From: Macrostomum lignano
Taxonomy: Eukaryota
Assembly (NCBI GenBank): GCA_002269645.1
Contig: NIVC01002157.1
Location: 62,001-126,000 of the forward strand
Reading direction: 5' to 3'
DNA length: 64,000 bases
Positions 24,900 to 36,031 of the stretch are shown here, one piece after another. The position numbers and the translations under genes are program-made. The notes under the pieces were generated by a model. It was not told where the DNA came from, ran no database searches, and saw only the letters and a list, made by a program, of their open reading frames with translations. Positions within the stretch are counted from its first letter, which is position 1; each line of letters begins with the position of its first letter.

Positions 24900-25700
24900 C
24901 ATGGATTCCCCTGTTGATCTCGAGGATTCCCCTGTTGATCTCGAGGATTCCCCTGTTGATCTCGAGGATTCCCCTGTTGATCTCGAGGATTCCCCTGTTG
25001 ATCTCGAGGATTCCCCTGTTGATCTCGAGGATTCCCCTGTTGATCTCGAGGATTCCCCTGTTGATCTCGAGGATTCCCCTGTTGATCTCGAGGATTCCCC
25101 TGTTGATCTCGAGGATTCCCCTGTTGATCTCGAGGATTCCCCTGTTGATCTCGAGGATTCCCCTGTTGATCTCGAGGATTCCCCTGTTGATCTCGAGGAT
25201 TCCCCTGTTGATCTCGAGGATTCCCCTGTTGATCTCGAGGATTCCCCTGTTGATCTCGAGGATTCCCCTGTTGATCTGAAGGATTCTCTTGTTGATGTCA
25301 AGGATTCCCCCTGTTGATCTCGAGAATACCCCTATTGATCTCGAGGATTCCCCTGTTGATCTGAAGGATTCTCTTGTTGATGTCAAGGATTCCCTTGTTG
25401 ATCTCGAGAGTTCCCTTGTTGATCCTAAGGATTCCCCTGTTGATCTTAAGGATTCCCTTGTTGATCTTAAGGATTCCCCTATTGATCTTAAGGATTCCCC
25501 TGTTGATCCCAAGGATGCCCCTGTTGATCTCAAGGATTCCCCATGTTGATCTCGAGGATTCCCTATATTAATCTCGAGGATCCCCATGTTTACCCCGAGG
25601 ATGCCCATGTAAATCTCGAGGATTCCCATGTTTACCTCGAGGATTCCCCCTGTTAATCTGAAGGATTCTCCTGTTGATCCCAGGGATTCCCCTGTTGGTC
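24900..25700. repeat. Minisatellite, 21 bp unit CCCCTGTTGATCTCGAGGATT
   Basis: Direct reading; fills laccase intron 7. Confidence 0.97.
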
Positions 25701-25723
25701 CTCAGGATCTCGACAATATTTAC

Positions 25724-25912
25724 CTTTTCCATTCCGATAACGCGAAAGTAATGGCCGTGCAGGTGGAACGGGTGGCTGGCATCGAAGGTGAAGCCTTTGT
25801 CGATGAGCACCAGCTCCACCGTCTTATTGACGCCCAGGCGGAGAGCGTGGTGGCAGGCCTTGAATTCGGTCTCCAAGCTGGGATCGAAATCGGTGTTGTT
25901 GCAAATGTGCGA
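25724..25912 (-). CDS. Laccase exon 7 (SHICNNTD...ELVLIDKGFTFDASHPFHLHGHYFRVIGMEK)
   Basis: HPFHLHG Cu motif; acceptor CCCGCAG and donor GTAAAT, both phase 0. Confidence 0.93.
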
Positions 25913-25964
25913 CTGCGGGAACGGCGGCAGAGTGGAGGGACCTTCATTCGGTCCTACAGATCCA

Positions 25965-26128
25965 GATCCCAATGGTTGATCCCAATAATGATCTTAATGA
26001 TTCCAATAATTGATTCCAATGATCCCAATGGTTGATCCCAATGATCCCAGTATTTCGATCTCAATGATCCCAATGTTTGTCTCAATGATCCCAATGTTTG
26101 TCTCAATGATCCCAATGTTTGTCTCAAT
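25965..26128. repeat. ATCCCAATG-type minisatellite, left half (continues at 30460-30665 on the other side of the LTR element)
   Basis: The same unit lies on both flanks of the retrotransposon. Confidence 0.85.
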
Positions 26129-26286
26129 TGTTGTGCTTTTGGCTTTAGCCTTTAGCAATTGTCAGTCTAGCGGTCTGTTGACCTCTGACGCGTCTATCAT
26201 TTATTTCATAACTCAATAGCATGGTTCAATTCATCAACGCAGTCGCGTAACAAAAATGTCTACGGCAAAGCCATCAACCCACAACA
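26129..26286 (-). repeat. 3' LTR (158 bp)
   Basis: 7 bp terminal inverted repeats; AATAAA on the minus strand at 26205-26200; first 70 bp identical to 30330-30399. Confidence 0.93.
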
Positions 26287-26300
26287 CCCTCCCTCTTCTA
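26287..26300 (-). other. Polypurine tract TAGAAGAGGGAGGG
   Basis: Immediately precedes the 3' LTR on the minus strand. Confidence 0.85.
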
Positions 26301-26322
26301 TAGGTAGGTGTACAATTATCAC

Positions 26323-28366
26323 TCAGGTGCGATAAAAAATTCTAGTTTTCTTGGCCAAGCGTTCGCTTCGCCTGGGTGACGGCTTGGATTGAACTCCGGC
26401 CTCAGTCTGTTGCTGTTTTGCTCTCTCAGCTTGTTCTGTTCTCGGTAGTATCTCAGTGTCTGTCGATGACGGACGCGTCTGTTGGCCGTCGTCACTTGGA
26501 CCGTTGCCACCGGGCTTGGAATCCCCCATTTCCGTAATTCCGTGAGCCTCAGGTACCTCACCGATTCGTAGTTGATCGAGGTGGGTCTTTAGATTTCATC
26601 CAGTCTCTGTGGTGACGACTGCTGTGTTGCTGCCAAGCATTTTGGCGAATCTCACAGTTCGTGGCTCATGAGAACTCGATGCACAGTAGATGAGTGATTC
26701 TCCTGGGATCCACTTGGACTGAGTGCTGCTCTCCGAGATGGGGAGTCTTATTTGTCTGCCGTTCAACAACTCGGACGGTGATGCTTGCTGCTTCCCTTTG
26801 GCAGGTCTGTAGAACAGTAGAAATCTGTCAATACTCAATATGTCAATTTGTAGTACTTATTTGGGATAAACCATTGGTCTTGATTGTCTCTTTGACGGTT
26901 CGCACCATTCGCTCTGCAATGCCGTTGCTCTGTGGATGGTAGGCGGGCGTTGTGATGTGCGAACAGCCAATCTGGGTGAGCCAGCCGGTCACCGCTTCGC
27001 TCACAAAACTAGGGCCGTTGTCTGACACGAGACACTTGGGCACCCCCTGTTGTGAGAACAATCTAAGTCTGGAAATGACTGTGTTGGCCTTCATGTCGCT
27101 CGTGATGAAGACTTCCGGGTAGCTCGAGTGCGCATCCACAATGATGAGTAGGTACTTGCCCTCTATCGGACCGGCAAAATCAATGTGCACTCGCTCCCAG
27201 GGGTTGTCAGGTTCTGGCCACGAGTGCCGAAAGTTCTTATTTCTGGACTTGTACGCGTTGCACACGTTGCATCGTCCAATGTAGTCAGCGATGTCACGGT
27301 CCATCTGTGGCCACCAGAACTGTTCCCTCAAAATCGACTTTGACTTTTCCACCCCAAGGTGCGTTGAGTGTACAGCTGCCAGGGCAGTTTCTCTCAGGAC
27401 ACGAGGCAATACAATTCTGTTCATTCTGTAAATAATTCCATCATTGACAGTTAGCTCATCTTGAACCTTTGAGTAGCTGAGTAGGTGTGGGGCGTCAAAT
27501 AGATTATTGTTAATTATGGCTGCGCCCAGGCATCTGAACTCCGGGTCCTCTCTGGTTGCGTGTGGAATGCGATCCAGCTGAATTACTCCCGGGTTGTCAG
27601 CTTCGAGGAGTCCGATCGATGCTGTCTGTGCATTCGGCTTAGCGGGCACCAGTCGAGATAGCGCATCCGACAGCATTAGCTTTGATGGTCGATACTGTAT
27701 GTCATAGTCATAAGCAGCTAGTATGATTGCCCATCGTTGTAGTCGAGCTGAAACTCTGGTGGGCAGCTGTTTGTCTGGCGCGAAAATGTATGTGAGGGGC
27801 CGGTGATCAGTTATCAGTGTGAACCTCCGGTCATACAAGAACCGATGGCATCTTTGAATGCACCAAACCAGTGCCAGGCCTTCACGCTCTATTTGCGAAT
27901 ATTTTGTTTCGGCGTCAGACAGAGTTTTGCTCATGTACAGCACGACTTGACCGCTTTGTGTCAACACTCCGCCCAGAGCTCGCTGAGAACTGTCGCATTC
28001 CAGTTCAATGGGCTTCTCCGGATCAAATATTTGAAGACTCGATTGATCAGAGAGAGTGACCTTGATTTCGTCAAATGCTATTTGACACTCCTTTGTCCAC
28101 ACGAAGTCCTCATTTTTCTTTCTTAGTCGATTGAGAGGCTTGGTCAGTGCAGCTAGGTTTCTGATGAACTTGCCGCTAAAATTTACGAGACCCAGGAAGG
28201 ATTCAAGCTCGCCAACGTTCTGCGGTGGTGTCATGTTCTGGATTGCCTTCACTTTGGCTGGGTCCGGCTTGAGCTGATCTCCTTCCAATAAGTAGCCTAG
28301 AAACTTGATCGAAGTCTTGCGGAATTCACTTTTCGCCGTGTTGATCTTCAATCCTTGCTGGTTTAG
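26323..28366 (-). pseudogene. pol 3' part: RT thumb, RNase H, integrase (HHCC, DDE), C-terminal SH3-like region; frameshift near 26845 and in-frame TGA at 26598-26596
   Basis: LECDSSQRALGGVL, YSQIEREGLALVW, HSTHLG..C..C, HIDF/SDNG/NGIAERMV; the frame resumes as IDRFLLFYR..SPSELL and HLDQLR...RRSERL. Confidence 0.9.
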
Positions 28367-30310
28367 TCAATGCAATACTTCCGTCCCACGAACTGCCAAT
28401 TGTTCTACGCCTTTGCCGCATATCAATATGTCGTCTACGTAGGCAATGACGCCAGGAATTCCTTGTAGGACTTGGCTAATGTACCGCTGGAAGATCGCAG
28501 GTGCTGTTTTCACTCCGAACGGAAGCTTGTTGAAAGCGAACATCCCAAATGGTGTTGACATTACTGTCAGCTCTTTGGAAGCTTCATCTAGTGGGATCTG
28601 GTGATAAGCTTTCTCTAGGTCCAGACGAGTGTATATCCGGCTGCCAGCAGCAGTTGCAATCACTTCGTCAGGTGCAGGCATCGAATATGAATCGTTGATA
28701 AGATGAGAATTGATTGTCACCTTGTAGTCGACGCAAAGTCTGAGCTTTCCAGAAGGTTTCTTGACCACGACATTTGGTGAGGCCCATTCACTGAACTTGA
28801 CGGGCTTGATGGTGTCTTCTTCAAGCAACCGATCGATTTCATCCTTGACTCCCTGTCTGAGTGCGAAGGGTAGCGGCCTGGGTTTGCAATGAATTGGAGT
28901 GGTTCCTTCCTTGATCTTAAGAGTTACTGGTGGAAATTCGCATGACTGGGTTGCCGATGTGCAGCTGTTGTCTACAGCGTTTAGCGTGAAATTGAGCTTG
29001 TCTCGGCCAACCAGAACAAAGTTCCTCTGCGATTCCACAATGAAGAATGTGATTGGAATGAACTCGTCATTGTACTCCAACTCAGTGTCGTGTGTTCCAA
29101 AGACCTTCATCTGCGTATCAGCGTATGTTGTCAGAACAGTGTCTGTAGGTGTCAGCTTTGGACAACCCAATCGTTTCCAGATCGTTTTTGACATTACCGA
29201 AACTCCTGCCCCAGTATCGATTTGTGCGTTCACGCTAAGCATCGACCCGCTCGTGTGTCTGAGCCTAACAGGCACGGTGTAGCTATCAACGGGATGTCGA
29301 ATGTGAAAACAATCCTCCTGTTCAGCTTCGCTTGCATCTACAAAGCTTGTGGTCCTTGGCCACACTGCAGCTCGCCTAAATTGACCAGATGCTGACGGGC
29401 TTTTGAACGATTTTCGGCCTTTGCCAAAACCAGTTGATTTCGTTTTGCAAACTGTTGCGAAGTGGTTTTGCATGCCACATTTGTTGCACGTTTTTCCTTT
29501 CGCAGGACACCCTCCATTGGAGCCATGCATTGTGCCACATCTGCCACACTTGGAGCTTGTAGAGTGGGAGCCTCTGGCCACCGATGCTGAAATTTTCATT
29601 ACTTCAGAAGACTGCGGCTGACTGGTGCAACCCTTTAGTATTTGCGTTTGTGATAGGTTCTGGTGCGCCTCAGCGATGTTGATAGCTGTCTCAAATGTGA
29701 GAGTGCTGAAGTCCTGTTCCAATAACTTGCTGATGGCCACCTTGTCATTCAAACCGAATACGAGCTGATCTCTCAGTCTCTCATCTCTGGATAGGCCAAA
29801 CTGACACTTGTCTGCCTGCATGCAGAGTTGCTGTGCATACTCACGAATGCTCATTGATGCCGTGCGAGTGATATGCTGGAAATTGAATCTCTCAGCCATG
29901 ACGAACGTCTTTGGTTCCAGGATGCTGGCCAGTAGTTTGGTCAGTTCATCGAAGCTCTTTTCTCTCGGCTTCTTGGGAGCGGCTCGATCTGCCAATGCGT
30001 CGTACAGCTTGGTGCTGAGCTTCATCAGCAGCAGCTTGTTTTTCGTGTCGTCCTGCCAGCCGTTGAGTTCACTGCACAGTGTGAATCGGTCCAACCACCT
30101 CTGGAAGTTCGAACTTTCATCGAGTTTTTCGATGTCAACTTGCTGTCCTCTCGATACTTGTGCGCTTGGGTTCTGCGCTGTCGCTGTTGCCGACTTTGTC
30201 GCTTGGACTGATTTCGACGAGATCGCAAGCGGTGGTGCTTTGTCGCTCGAAACCGTTTTACCAACTCCTTTAGTTGGCGATGCTGGCGTACTTCCAGGTA
30301 TTTTCGTAGC
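28367..30310 (-). pseudogene. gag-protease-RT 5' part of a single gag-pol frame, ending at a premature TGA within RT
   Basis: Tandem Cys/His knuckles CGRCGTMH..C and CNKCGMQNHFATVC, protease IDTGAG, RT YVDD; TGA at 28369-28367 is in frame with the downstream LNQQGLKINTAK. Confidence 0.92.
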
Positions 30311-30328
30311 CTATGCTTGACGACGCCA
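30311..30328 (-). other. Primer-binding site TGGCGTCGTCAAGC..., possibly tRNA-Ser type
   Basis: TGG starts 1 nt after the 5' LTR; complement ...GACGACGCCA resembles tRNA-Ser 3' ends (GACTACGCCA). tRNA identity is inference. Confidence 0.7.
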
Positions 30329-30329
30329 C

Positions 30330-30459
30330 TGTTGTGCTTTTGGCTTTAGCCTTTAGCAATTGTCAGTCTAGCGGTCTGTTGACCTCTGACGCGTCTATCC
30401 TTTATTCCTTCAACGCAACGTAACAAAAATGTATATGGCAAAGCCATCAACCCACAACA
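30330..30459 (-). repeat. 5' LTR (130 bp)
   Basis: TGTTGTG...CACAACA termini; AATAAA on the minus strand at 30406-30401. Confidence 0.93.
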
Positions 30460-30679
30460 CCAATGATACCCATGTTTGATCGAATGATCACAATGATCCC
30501 AATGGTTGATCCCAATGATCCCAATGTTAATCCTAATGATCCAAATATTGATCTCAATGATCCCAATGATATCCATGTTTGATCGCAATGATACCAATTT
30601 TTTATCCAATGATCCCAATGATCCCAATGTTTGATCCCAATCATCCGAATGGTTGATCCCAAAAATCCCAACGGCCCAC

Positions 30680-31076
30680 CTGCAGCACATCGTCAAACTG
30701 GTACAGCAGCGGCGCCGGCGGCATGTGCAAAGCGACATTGTTAATCTGCGGCGTGTACAAGTGACCGTCGGACTTCCTGACGGCGCTGATGGGGTAATAG
30801 GCCGGGTGGTGGTAGCGGCTGTTGTTCACCACCTCGAAATCGAAGGCCAGGTAGAACTTGGCGTCAACTGGACCGTCAACGGTCAGTTGGTCGGCCGGCG
30901 CCCAGCCGGCCGGCGTCCGCAGCGACGTCACGTCGATGTGATTCGCGTCCGGCGCCCGGTTGAACGGATTCAGCTGACGGCCTCCCGGCCGGCCGAGCAT
31001 GTCCGAGTAGGCTGGGTTCCCGGCGCCCTGCAGCGGCGTCTCGTCGATACCGGCGTAGCTCACGATGGCGGACTGC
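30680..31076 (-). CDS. Laccase exon 6 (QSAIVSYAG...YTPQINNVALHMPPAPLLYQFDDVLQ)
   Basis: Acceptor CCGCCAG phase 2, donor GTGGGC phase 0; matches the insect laccase-1 linker region. Confidence 0.92.
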
Positions 31077-31119
31077 CTGGCGGTGGGGTGGGGATTTTTA
31101 CTTTTCAAGTGTTTCTTAT

Positions 31120-31350
31120 CCCATATATTTCATCCCATATGTTTCATCCCATAAACCACATTCATACCACATATCCAAATATCCCATATCCCATACCCAA
31201 TATTTCAATATCCCATATCCCATATTCCACATCCCAATACCCCATATCCCATACTCAATATTCCATATCCCAATATCCCATATCCCATATCCCAATATCC
31301 CATATCCCAATATCCCATATCCCATATCCCGTATCCCATATCCCACTTCC
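31120..31350. repeat. (ATATCCC)n-like degenerate repeat
   Basis: Direct reading; laccase intron 5. Confidence 0.85.
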
Positions 31351-31507
31351 AATATCCCATCGCCATGGTCCGAATCCCAAATCCAAAGCTTAAGACTCCT
31401 TAATCCTATACTCCAAACCATCCCAGGGTCCGAATCCTAAATCCTAAAACTCAAAATCGCAAATCTCATACTAAAAAATGGCGAATCCCATATCTCCCCA
31501 AGTGAAC

Positions 31508-31828
31508 CTGGCCATGGTGAAGCGGGAGTCGCAGTCGGCCAGGCCGGCCACCATCAGCAGGTAGTTGCCAGGCGGTCGGTCCGCCGTCAGCACGAAGTCA
31601 AAGCGCTCGCCGGCGTATATGATCAGCGAGTCGACCTCGATCGGCACCACTGGGGCGCCGTCTGTGGCGATGACCAGCAGGCTGTGGTTGGCGACAGACA
31701 GCACGAACGGGCAGTTGAGGATGGCGTTGCTAATGACGCGAACTCGGTGGCGAAGGCCGCTGCGAACTCGGAGCACGTAGCGGGGAGTTTGGGGGCCGCC
31801 GGCGGAGCTGGGGCGAAGGCGCCTCGGC
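31508..31828 (-). CDS. Laccase exon 5 (GRGAFAP.. / TPRYVLRV..ATDG..IYAGERFDFVL..GLADCDSRFTMAR), with an apparent 1-nt frameshift
   Basis: Phase 1 in and phase 2 out need 322 nt but the exon is 321 nt; adding one base to the G5 run at 31791-31795 restores the frame. Confidence 0.88.
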
Positions 31829-31844
31829 CTGGGGGGACGGCGAG

Positions 31845-32150
31845 TAGAGATCACAAAGTCTAGGGGGTTAGATATTAGAGATCACAAAGTCTAGGGGTTA
31901 GATATTAGAGATCACAAAGTCTAGGGGGTTAGATATTAGAGATCACAAAGTCTAGGGGTTAGATATTAGAGATCACAAAGTCTAGGGGTTAGATATTAGA
32001 GATCACAAAGTCTAGGGGGTTAGATATTAGAGATCACAAAGTCTAGGGGGTTAGATATTAGAGATCACAAAGTCTAGGGGGTTAGATATTAGAGATCACA
32101 AAGTCTAGGGGGTTAGATATTAGAGATCACAAAGTCTAGGGGGTTAGATT
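31845..32150. repeat. Minisatellite, 30-31 bp unit AGATCACAAAGTCTAGGGGGTTAGATATTAG
   Basis: Direct reading; abuts the exon 5 acceptor. Confidence 0.95.
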
Positions 32151-32269
32151 TTAGAGATCAGGTATTAGAGGTTCGGGATTAGATTGAAGATTAGCTATCA
32201 GAGATTGGGAATAGGCATTAGAATTAAGGATTAGGGACTAGCGAGTAGGGATTCGAGATTAAGGAGTAG

Positions 32270-32645
32270 AGATTAGAGATTAGAGATTAGAGATTATGGA
32301 TTAAGGGATTAGGGATTAGGGATTAGGGATTAGAGATTAGGGATTAGGGATTATGGATTAAGGGATTAGGGATTAGGGATTAGGGATTAGAGATTAGGGA
32401 TTAGGGATTATGGATTAAGGGATTAGGGATTAGGGATTAGGGATTAGAGGTTAGTGATTAGAGATTAGGGATTATGGATTAAGGGATTAGGGATTAGGGA
32501 TTAGGGATTAGAGGTTAGTGATTAGAGATTAGGGATTAGGGATTATGGATTAAGGGATTAGGGATTAGGGATTAGGGATTAGAGGTTAGTGATTAGAGAT
32601 TAGGGATTATGGATTAAGGGATTAGGGATTAGGGATTAGGGATTG
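32270..32645. repeat. Interstitial telomere-like (TTAGGGA)n 7-mer repeat, degenerate
   Basis: GGGATTA tandem copies interspersed with GAGATTA and TGGATTAA variants. Confidence 0.9.
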
Positions 32646-32947
32646 GTAAAACGATGTGGATTAGAGTTTAAAGAAGCGGTCTACTGGGATTAAGCATCAA
32701 CAGTAGTACGAGCTAGAGATTAGGAAACAGACGATTGGTATTCGGTAGGGATCTAGGAAAACTGGATAAGGATTAATGATCATAGAATAGTCGATTTGGA
32801 TTAGTCCGCTAGGTGGATAAAGAATCAGGAAACATAAATAGATAAGGATTAGAAATCGTGAGCATTAGGTGGATTTTGGAAACTTCCTAAAAATTGCTAC
32901 ATTTTTGAAAGAAAATCCCAAAAGATGGATATGATTTATTGGCCCAC

Positions 32948-33192
32948 CATTAATGATCAGGCCTTTCGGCTTGTTATCCCCGTTAGAGTAATGGTGAGCA
33001 GCGAATTTGGTGGCTCCGAGTTCGTGGAACCAATCGGAGAGCAGCAGCGTGTGCTCCGGCTGGTCGGTGTCGTACAGGCCGGCGTGGGGGTCCGCGACCT
33101 GCCGGACCACCAGCGGGCCGAAGATGCCCTCGCTGCGCTGCAGACCCGAGTGCGAGTGCCAGTAGTGCGTCCCGGCCGGGGACGCTGCGAAC
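32948..33192 (-). CDS. Laccase exon 4 ([29 protein letters not shown]...LLSDW...LIING)
   Basis: WHSH Cu motif; acceptor CCCCAG phase 2, donor GTGGGC phase 1. Confidence 0.93.
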
Positions 33193-33204
33193 CTGGGGTG
33201 GGCA

Positions 33205-33670
33205 GTTAGGTAGGTAGGTAGGTAGGTAAGTAGGTAGCTAGGTAGATAGGTAGCTAGGTAGGTAGGTAGATAGGTAGGTCGGTCGGTAGGTAGATTGGTA
33301 GGTAGGTAGGTAGGTCGGTAGGTCGGTCGGTAGGTAGATTGGTAGGTAGGTAGGTAGGTCGGTAGGTCAGTCGGTAGCCAAGTAGGTGTAGGTCGGTAGG
33401 TTTGGTAAGTAGGTAGATAGGTAGGTAGGTCGGTAGCTAGGTAGGTAGGTAGGTCGGTGGGTTTGGTAAGTAGGTTGGTAGGTAGGTAGATAGATAGGTA
33501 GGTAGGTCGGTAGCTAGGTAGGTAGGTAGGTCGGTATAGGTTGGTAAGTAAGTTGGTAGGTAGATAGGTCGGTAGGTAGGTCGGTAGGTAGGTTGGTAGG
33601 TTGGTCAGTAGGTCGGTCGGTAGCCAGGTAGATAGGTAGGTCGGTAGCTAGGTTGGTAAGTAGGTGGGGA
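33205..33670. repeat. (GGTA)n-type degenerate microsatellite
   Basis: Direct reading; laccase intron 3. Confidence 0.9.
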
Positions 33671-33764
33671 TGTAGGTGGGTTAGGAAGTAGGTATGTAGA
33701 AACATGATTGATTAGGTGCATAGATGTGCACATTTTGGCAGGTAGGCAAATGTGGACTTCAAAC

Positions 33765-34152
33765 CTGTAGGTGAATGACGAGTGCGCATTAATGGGGCAC
33801 TGCGTTACCATGGAAACGCCGTCCATGTGCTGCGTCCCCACCTGGTGCATGCCGTGCCAGTGTACGGAGGTTCCCTCTCCCATTTCCATGAAGTTGTGCA
33901 CCTCCGCTATCACGGTGTCGCCCTCGCAGACGTGAATCCCGGGGCCGCTGAGCTGGCGGTTCACACTGAGCAGGGCCCGCTCCACGCCGTCCCCGGTGAT
34001 GCAGTGAGGCCGGAAGCAGTCGGTGAGGTTTCGGGGGCAGTCGAAGCAGGCTTTGGACATGGTCATGAACCACTCCAGGCGGATGCGGTAGCGGCATTCG
34101 CGGGGTCCCGGATCAGCTGAGCAGTTGCGCACGCATTCGTGCTTGAACTCGT
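33765..34152 (-). CDS. Laccase exon 3 (HECVRNC..MSKACFDCP..DG..VNRQLSGP..HWHG..DGVSMVTQCPI)
   Basis: Cys-rich N-terminal region typical of animal laccases plus the HWHG Cu motif; acceptor CCCTCAG chosen for phase 1, donor GTTTGA phase 2. Confidence 0.92.
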
Positions 34153-34207
34153 CTGAGGGGTTCAGGCGTAGCAACGTGCTTAGCAACTGTCAGGAGCCGA
34201 CACCTTC

Positions 34208-35658
34208 ACATAGCAACCAATAGCTTCAAATAGCGACCAGTAGTTTCACATAGCAACCAGTAGCTTCACATAGCAACCAATAGCTTCAAATAGCGACCAG
34301 TAGCTTCACATAGCAACCAGTAGCTTCACATAGCAACCAATAGCTTCAAATAGCGACCAGTAGCTTCACATAGCAACCAATAGCTTCACATAGCAACCAG
34401 TAGCTTCACATAGCAACTAGTAGTTTCACATAGCAACTAGTAGCTTCACATAGCAACCAGTAGCTTCACATAGCAACTAGTAGCTTCACATAGCAACCAA
34501 TAGCTTCACATAGCAACCAGTAGCTTCACATAGCAACTAGTAGCTTCACATAGCAACTATTAGCTTCACATAGCAACTAGTAGCTTCACATAGCAACTAG
34601 TAGCTTCGCATAGCAACCAATAGCTTCACATAGCAACCAATAGCTTCAAATAGCGGCCAGTAGCTTCACATAGCAACTAGTAGCTTCACATAGCAACCAG
34701 TAGCTTCATATAGCGACCAGTAGCTTCACATAGCAACCAGTAGCTTCACATAGCAACCAATAGCTTCACATAGCAACTAGTAGCTTCACATAGCAACTAG
34801 TAGCTTCACATAGCAACCAGTAGCTTCAAATAGCGACCATTAGCTTCACATAGCAACTAGTAGCTTCACATAGCAACCAGTAGCTTCACATAGCGACCAG
34901 TAGCTTCACAAACCAAAAGCTTCACATAGCAACCAGTAGCTTCACATAGCAACTAGTAGTTTCACATAGCAACTAGTAGCTTCACATAGCAACCAGTAGC
35001 TTCACATAGCGACCAGTAGCTTCACATAGCAACCAATAGCTTCACATAGCAACTAGTAGTTTCACATAGCAACTAGTAGTTTCACATAGCAACTAGTAGC
35101 TTCACATAGCAACCAGTAGCTTCACATAGCAACTAGTAGCTTCACATAGCAACTAGTAGCTTCACATAGCAACCAATAGCTTCAAATAGCGACCATTAGC
35201 TTCACATAGCAACTAGTAGCTTCACATAGCAACCAGTAGCTTCACATAGCGACCAGTAGCTTCACAAACCAAAAGCTTCACATAGCAACCAGTAGCTTCA
35301 CATAGCAACTAGTAGTTTCACATAGCAACTAGTAGCTTCACATAGCAACCAGTAGCTTCACATAGCGACCAGTAGCTTCACATAGCAACCAATAGCTTCA
35401 CATAGCAACTAGTAGTTTCACATAGCAACTAGTAGTTTCACATAGCAACTAGTAGCTTCACATAGCAACCAGTAGCTTCACATAGCAACTAGTAGCTTCA
35501 CATAGCAACCAATAGCTTCACATAGCAACCAGTAGCTTCACATAGCAACTAGTAGCTTCACATAGCAACTAGTAGCTTCACATAGCAACTAGTAGTTTCA
35601 CATAGCAACTAGTAGCTTCACATAGCAACCAGTAGCTTCACATAGCAACCAATAGCTT
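34208..35658. repeat. Minisatellite, 20 bp unit TAGCTTCACATAGCAACYAG, with ~358 bp higher-order duplication
   Basis: Direct reading; the marker variant CAAACCAAAAGC recurs near 34908 and 35266. Confidence 0.97.
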
Positions 35659-36031
35659 CCTTGGGGGCAAGGCAACTAAAAAGTTTCTATAACAACCAGT
35701 TACCATTGACAAAACTATAAATGGAATCTGAAAACTGAAAAACCACTCAAATTTTCGCTCAAATTATTTAACAATTATCATTTAATCTGTTATTCGTTAA
35801 GAAAGTTGTTCTTACTTGGATTAATTACTCACAAAAGTAGCATAGACGAACGGGTATATTCTAAGCACAGCACAGCATGCCATTAGTACTAACTTCTCTT
35901 GCAAATTCATGCAGAAAAAGTCCTGCCAATTTAAGCACTTGGCAAGCCTATCTTGAATAAACCTTACCCCGTTTTACCTGCCACTTAAACGGAGAGCTGG
36001 CGTGCATTTGAACTTTTAAAAAAGGACTTAC

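Larger units (their letters stand above)
26129..30459 (-). mobile_element. Ty3/Gypsy LTR retrotransposon, Mag-like clade, full length (4331 bp) but decayed, in laccase intron 6
   Basis: Two LTRs with TGTTGTG...CACAACA termini, PBS, PPT, gag-PR-RT-RH-IN order; flanks TCAAT/CCAAT (5 bp TSD with one mismatch). Confidence 0.95.

Noticed and set aside
23805-25629. Several 120-340 aa repetitive ORFs (SLSRCL, STGESSR, DLEDSPV)
   Set aside because: Intronic minisatellites between verified laccase exons
28367-28369. Programmed gag-pol stop-codon readthrough
   Set aside because: The TGA lies inside RT just after YVDD, not at a gag/pol boundary, and the element has other lesions; best explained as decay
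32270-32645. True telomere or chromosome-fusion scar
   Set aside because: The unit is a 7-mer, degenerate, single orientation and inside an intact intron; no head-to-head junction
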